DNA of 64,000 bases, taken from contig CM060732.1 of NCBI GenBank assembly GCA_030704615.1, positions 15,190,001 to 15,254,000 of the forward strand, read 5' to 3'. Each line of letters starts with the position of its first letter. The first letter of the stretch is position 1. The notes beneath the pieces are model-generated. The model saw only the letters and a program-made list of their open reading frames with translations. It was not told the DNA's origin and did not search any database. The stretch comes from Takakia lepidozioides. Lineage: Eukaryota; Plantae; Bryophyta. Below are positions 61,653 through 64,000 of the stretch, piece after piece. The position numbers and the translations under genes were made by a program.

Positions 61653-63809
61653 CTAGCAGCCAAATAAGATGGATGAGACAAGGGACCGAGACAGACATAC
61701 ATTCAGATGGTGAGGGAGTAAAAGGGAACGAGACAGACAGTCCTAAACTTGACCTCAGACAATCAACCTATGAATGCTGAAGTCCTGAAACGAAAGTCTT
61801 GCAATATCCACTTCCCAGTCATTAAGAATGTACTCATAAGACATTTGCCCTTAGCCTTCTGGCCATAGACCCCGTACTCAGTTTGGACGGAACAAAAGGG
61901 AACAGACAATACCTTTGTGAGGGGCTCACTCCAGTAATGGGACTTACTTGATATAAACAATTTGTTCAAGTTTTCCAGTTTCCTCTAGAAAGCTCTTCAC
62001 ACAAGCATCAATTTGCTGGGTGTGATCTGCTGTTCACCATTAGGGAGGCCTGCCAGTTCATCCTTTTTGTCTCCTGTCTGTGCTGTAGCTCCCAGCTACA
62101 GTTCCATCCCCCTTCAGCTCCACCTCCTACCACAGGTCATCTCTGCAGCTCTCTTTTAGCTGCACATGATCTCTTACAAATAGGGGAGCCCCATGGCCAT
62201 TCTGAATTCTATCCCTTTCTGCTCTTTTACAGTGTGGACATTGTCACTTCCACCTATTTTATTTGTCTCGACTATGGCAAGCAGTGTCTGAGCCTCCTGT
62301 ACAATATGTGATCCATGCCTTGTGTTTTCAACAATCTTAGTTAGAAGCCATAGATCAAGGCAGAATTAAGACTTGAACTTCATTGAACATTGACAGACAG
62401 AAAAAGAGCTTGTAAACATGATTGAAACGTCTATCAACGAGTTCAATTGTTCAAACATTAACAGTCACATGTTCTTACCTTGCAATGCAACAAAACAAAC
62501 CTTGAATGTTTAGTATCTACTTTACTTCTATTTTCCATCCAAAAAATGTTAGTACAAGCTACAAAAGAATATGCAGCAGATGCTATCCCTCCATGGCAAA
62601 TGTTGGTCTTCTCCATCCTATTCAACAATCATGACTCTTCTCATTTCCACTGGATCGAGCAAGAAAGTCTAAATTAGATGGACTCCAAATGACCATGTGA
62701 TAACTGCAATCTCAATATTCTTGGCTGGAATGACATGTATATGCAGAACTGGACTGGACTGAACTCTACTAATTGCACGTACATCTGGAATCGCTTGAGG
62801 GCTGTGAGCTTGGAACTGATTAGTAACCAATCTCCTTGCCGCACCTCCACCATTCGGGCAGGCAGTCGACACGGCGCCGTTACTTTAGCGCTCTACAGCT
62901 TCGGCCACAATGGCAACGCCTTTCCTTACCATTTCTTAGGGATATGTAATCTGTTGCTCCTCAAATTCTACGGTAATTCAAACAACCCCAACATCCGATA
63001 ACAGCTTCAGATGCCTTTATCCCTCCTACAACCATTCATCATTCCACAGTTTTAGACAAGGTTACCCGCTCTATCCTTCCTCTACTCTAATCTGAACCTC
63101 GGAAAGCAAGAATTCACAACACTGTATTCTCATTGTGTGTAAGATTGTCAGTGCCCACTGCTTAGAGCGCTGCACCTCTCTAGGGGTTTCTAGATTCTTG
63201 CCTGCTAGTTGCTACCCGTTTTCCATCTAACTACATATGAATATTTAAAGATGGAACATATCTTCATCCAAATGTAACTTTCTACATCCATATTATACAT
63301 GGTTCAACGTTCCAACGTGCCCTAATTGACTCGCTTCTCTCTCGTCGTCTTCTCCTTCTCCAAGCCCTTGATGAAGAACTAAACCTCTCGTCTTTCTGGT
63401 TGGGGATGCAAGCGGAAGATTAATTTTTTTTTGCCCCATCCACTCGGGACATCGGTGTAGTATTCCGAGAAGTAGTGTTTCATATTTGTTTTGTTTGCAT
63501 TGGAATCACTTTGAGGTGAATTGCAACCATTGCAGCCCTTGCAGCCTTGTTTTTTGTGTGCAGAATGCTTTAGGTGGCTTACGTCCGGCAGTTACGCAAG
63601 GCCTTCGCTGGCGAGTCTTGATGCAAAGGGACAAGACTATCGTTTTTGAACCCGAACAGTGTCCGGATATCAGCATACTTTTGAGTTCCGATAGGCTAGT
63701 GCAATCATTGGATTCATTCAGTCTCTCCTACAGATATACATTCTCACTGTGCGTTTGCCTTTGATCTCATGATGTCTCATAATTGTTATTTGCAATTCCA
63801 AATTGCCGG

Positions 63810-63836
63810 GAGAGAGAGAGAGAGAGAGAGAGAGAG
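63810..63836. repeat. (GA)n microsatellite
   Basis: About 13 perfect GA units. Confidence 0.95.
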
Positions 63837-64000
63837 CAGTTCCCTGTAAACATTCATAGTGGCCTATCCATGAGTGTGCAGTACCCTTCTAGGAAACTTC
63901 AGTCCACCATGGTTCTTGAGAATCAACCAGTGCACACCACCGACGAATCCAGCTTCGTGCATTGACATTGACGTTATTAGAAAACATGAGGTTAGAACGC

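Noticed and set aside
62340-64000. Host gene or promoter at the right edge
   Set aside because: Only short ORFs without recognisable motifs and a GA microsatellite; not enough support.

Overview
This is eukaryotic, repeat-dense DNA. The spliceosomal introns, plant-type Ty3/gypsy elements and a CCT6 fragment suggest a land plant, possibly a non-seed plant (inference). About 59 kb is a nest of transposable elements. (1) There are three related families (A, B, C) of degenerate Mutator-like DNA transposons. Pieced together across copies, their transposase reads GCM-like Zn domain - DD/CxxH/E core - Cys-rich module - SWIM finger. Each family carries, upstream of the transposase, an array of its own 22-bp palindrome (10-bp arm + 2-bp centre + 10-bp arm), spaced at near-integral helical turns (53, 64, 84-85, 96, 104, 116-117 bp). 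In the most complete copy (C, 31299-53349) a second, spliced gene is transcribed divergently from the far side of the array. It encodes a ParB/sulfiredoxin-like domain (IPL...VR...G...PAFYV...VWDGNHRLLAW...DLN), and its first exon is also conserved next to the family-B array. This transposase / phased palindrome array / ParB-like gene cassette is the best candidate for an undescribed system. (2) There are at least two non-chromoviral Ty3/gypsy families. G1 has one structurally complete 11.5-kb copy and several truncated ones. G2 has a 1.07-kb protease inversion and a ~3-kb RNaseH-integrase tether. The two families share an unknown 3' extra ORF. A solo LTR of a third family is also present. (3) The last ~5 kb holds an intron-containing CCT6 pseudogene fragment and other possible exon debris. 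No intact host gene, rRNA, tRNA or CRISPR array was found. All domain calls come from motif reading by eye, not from database searches.
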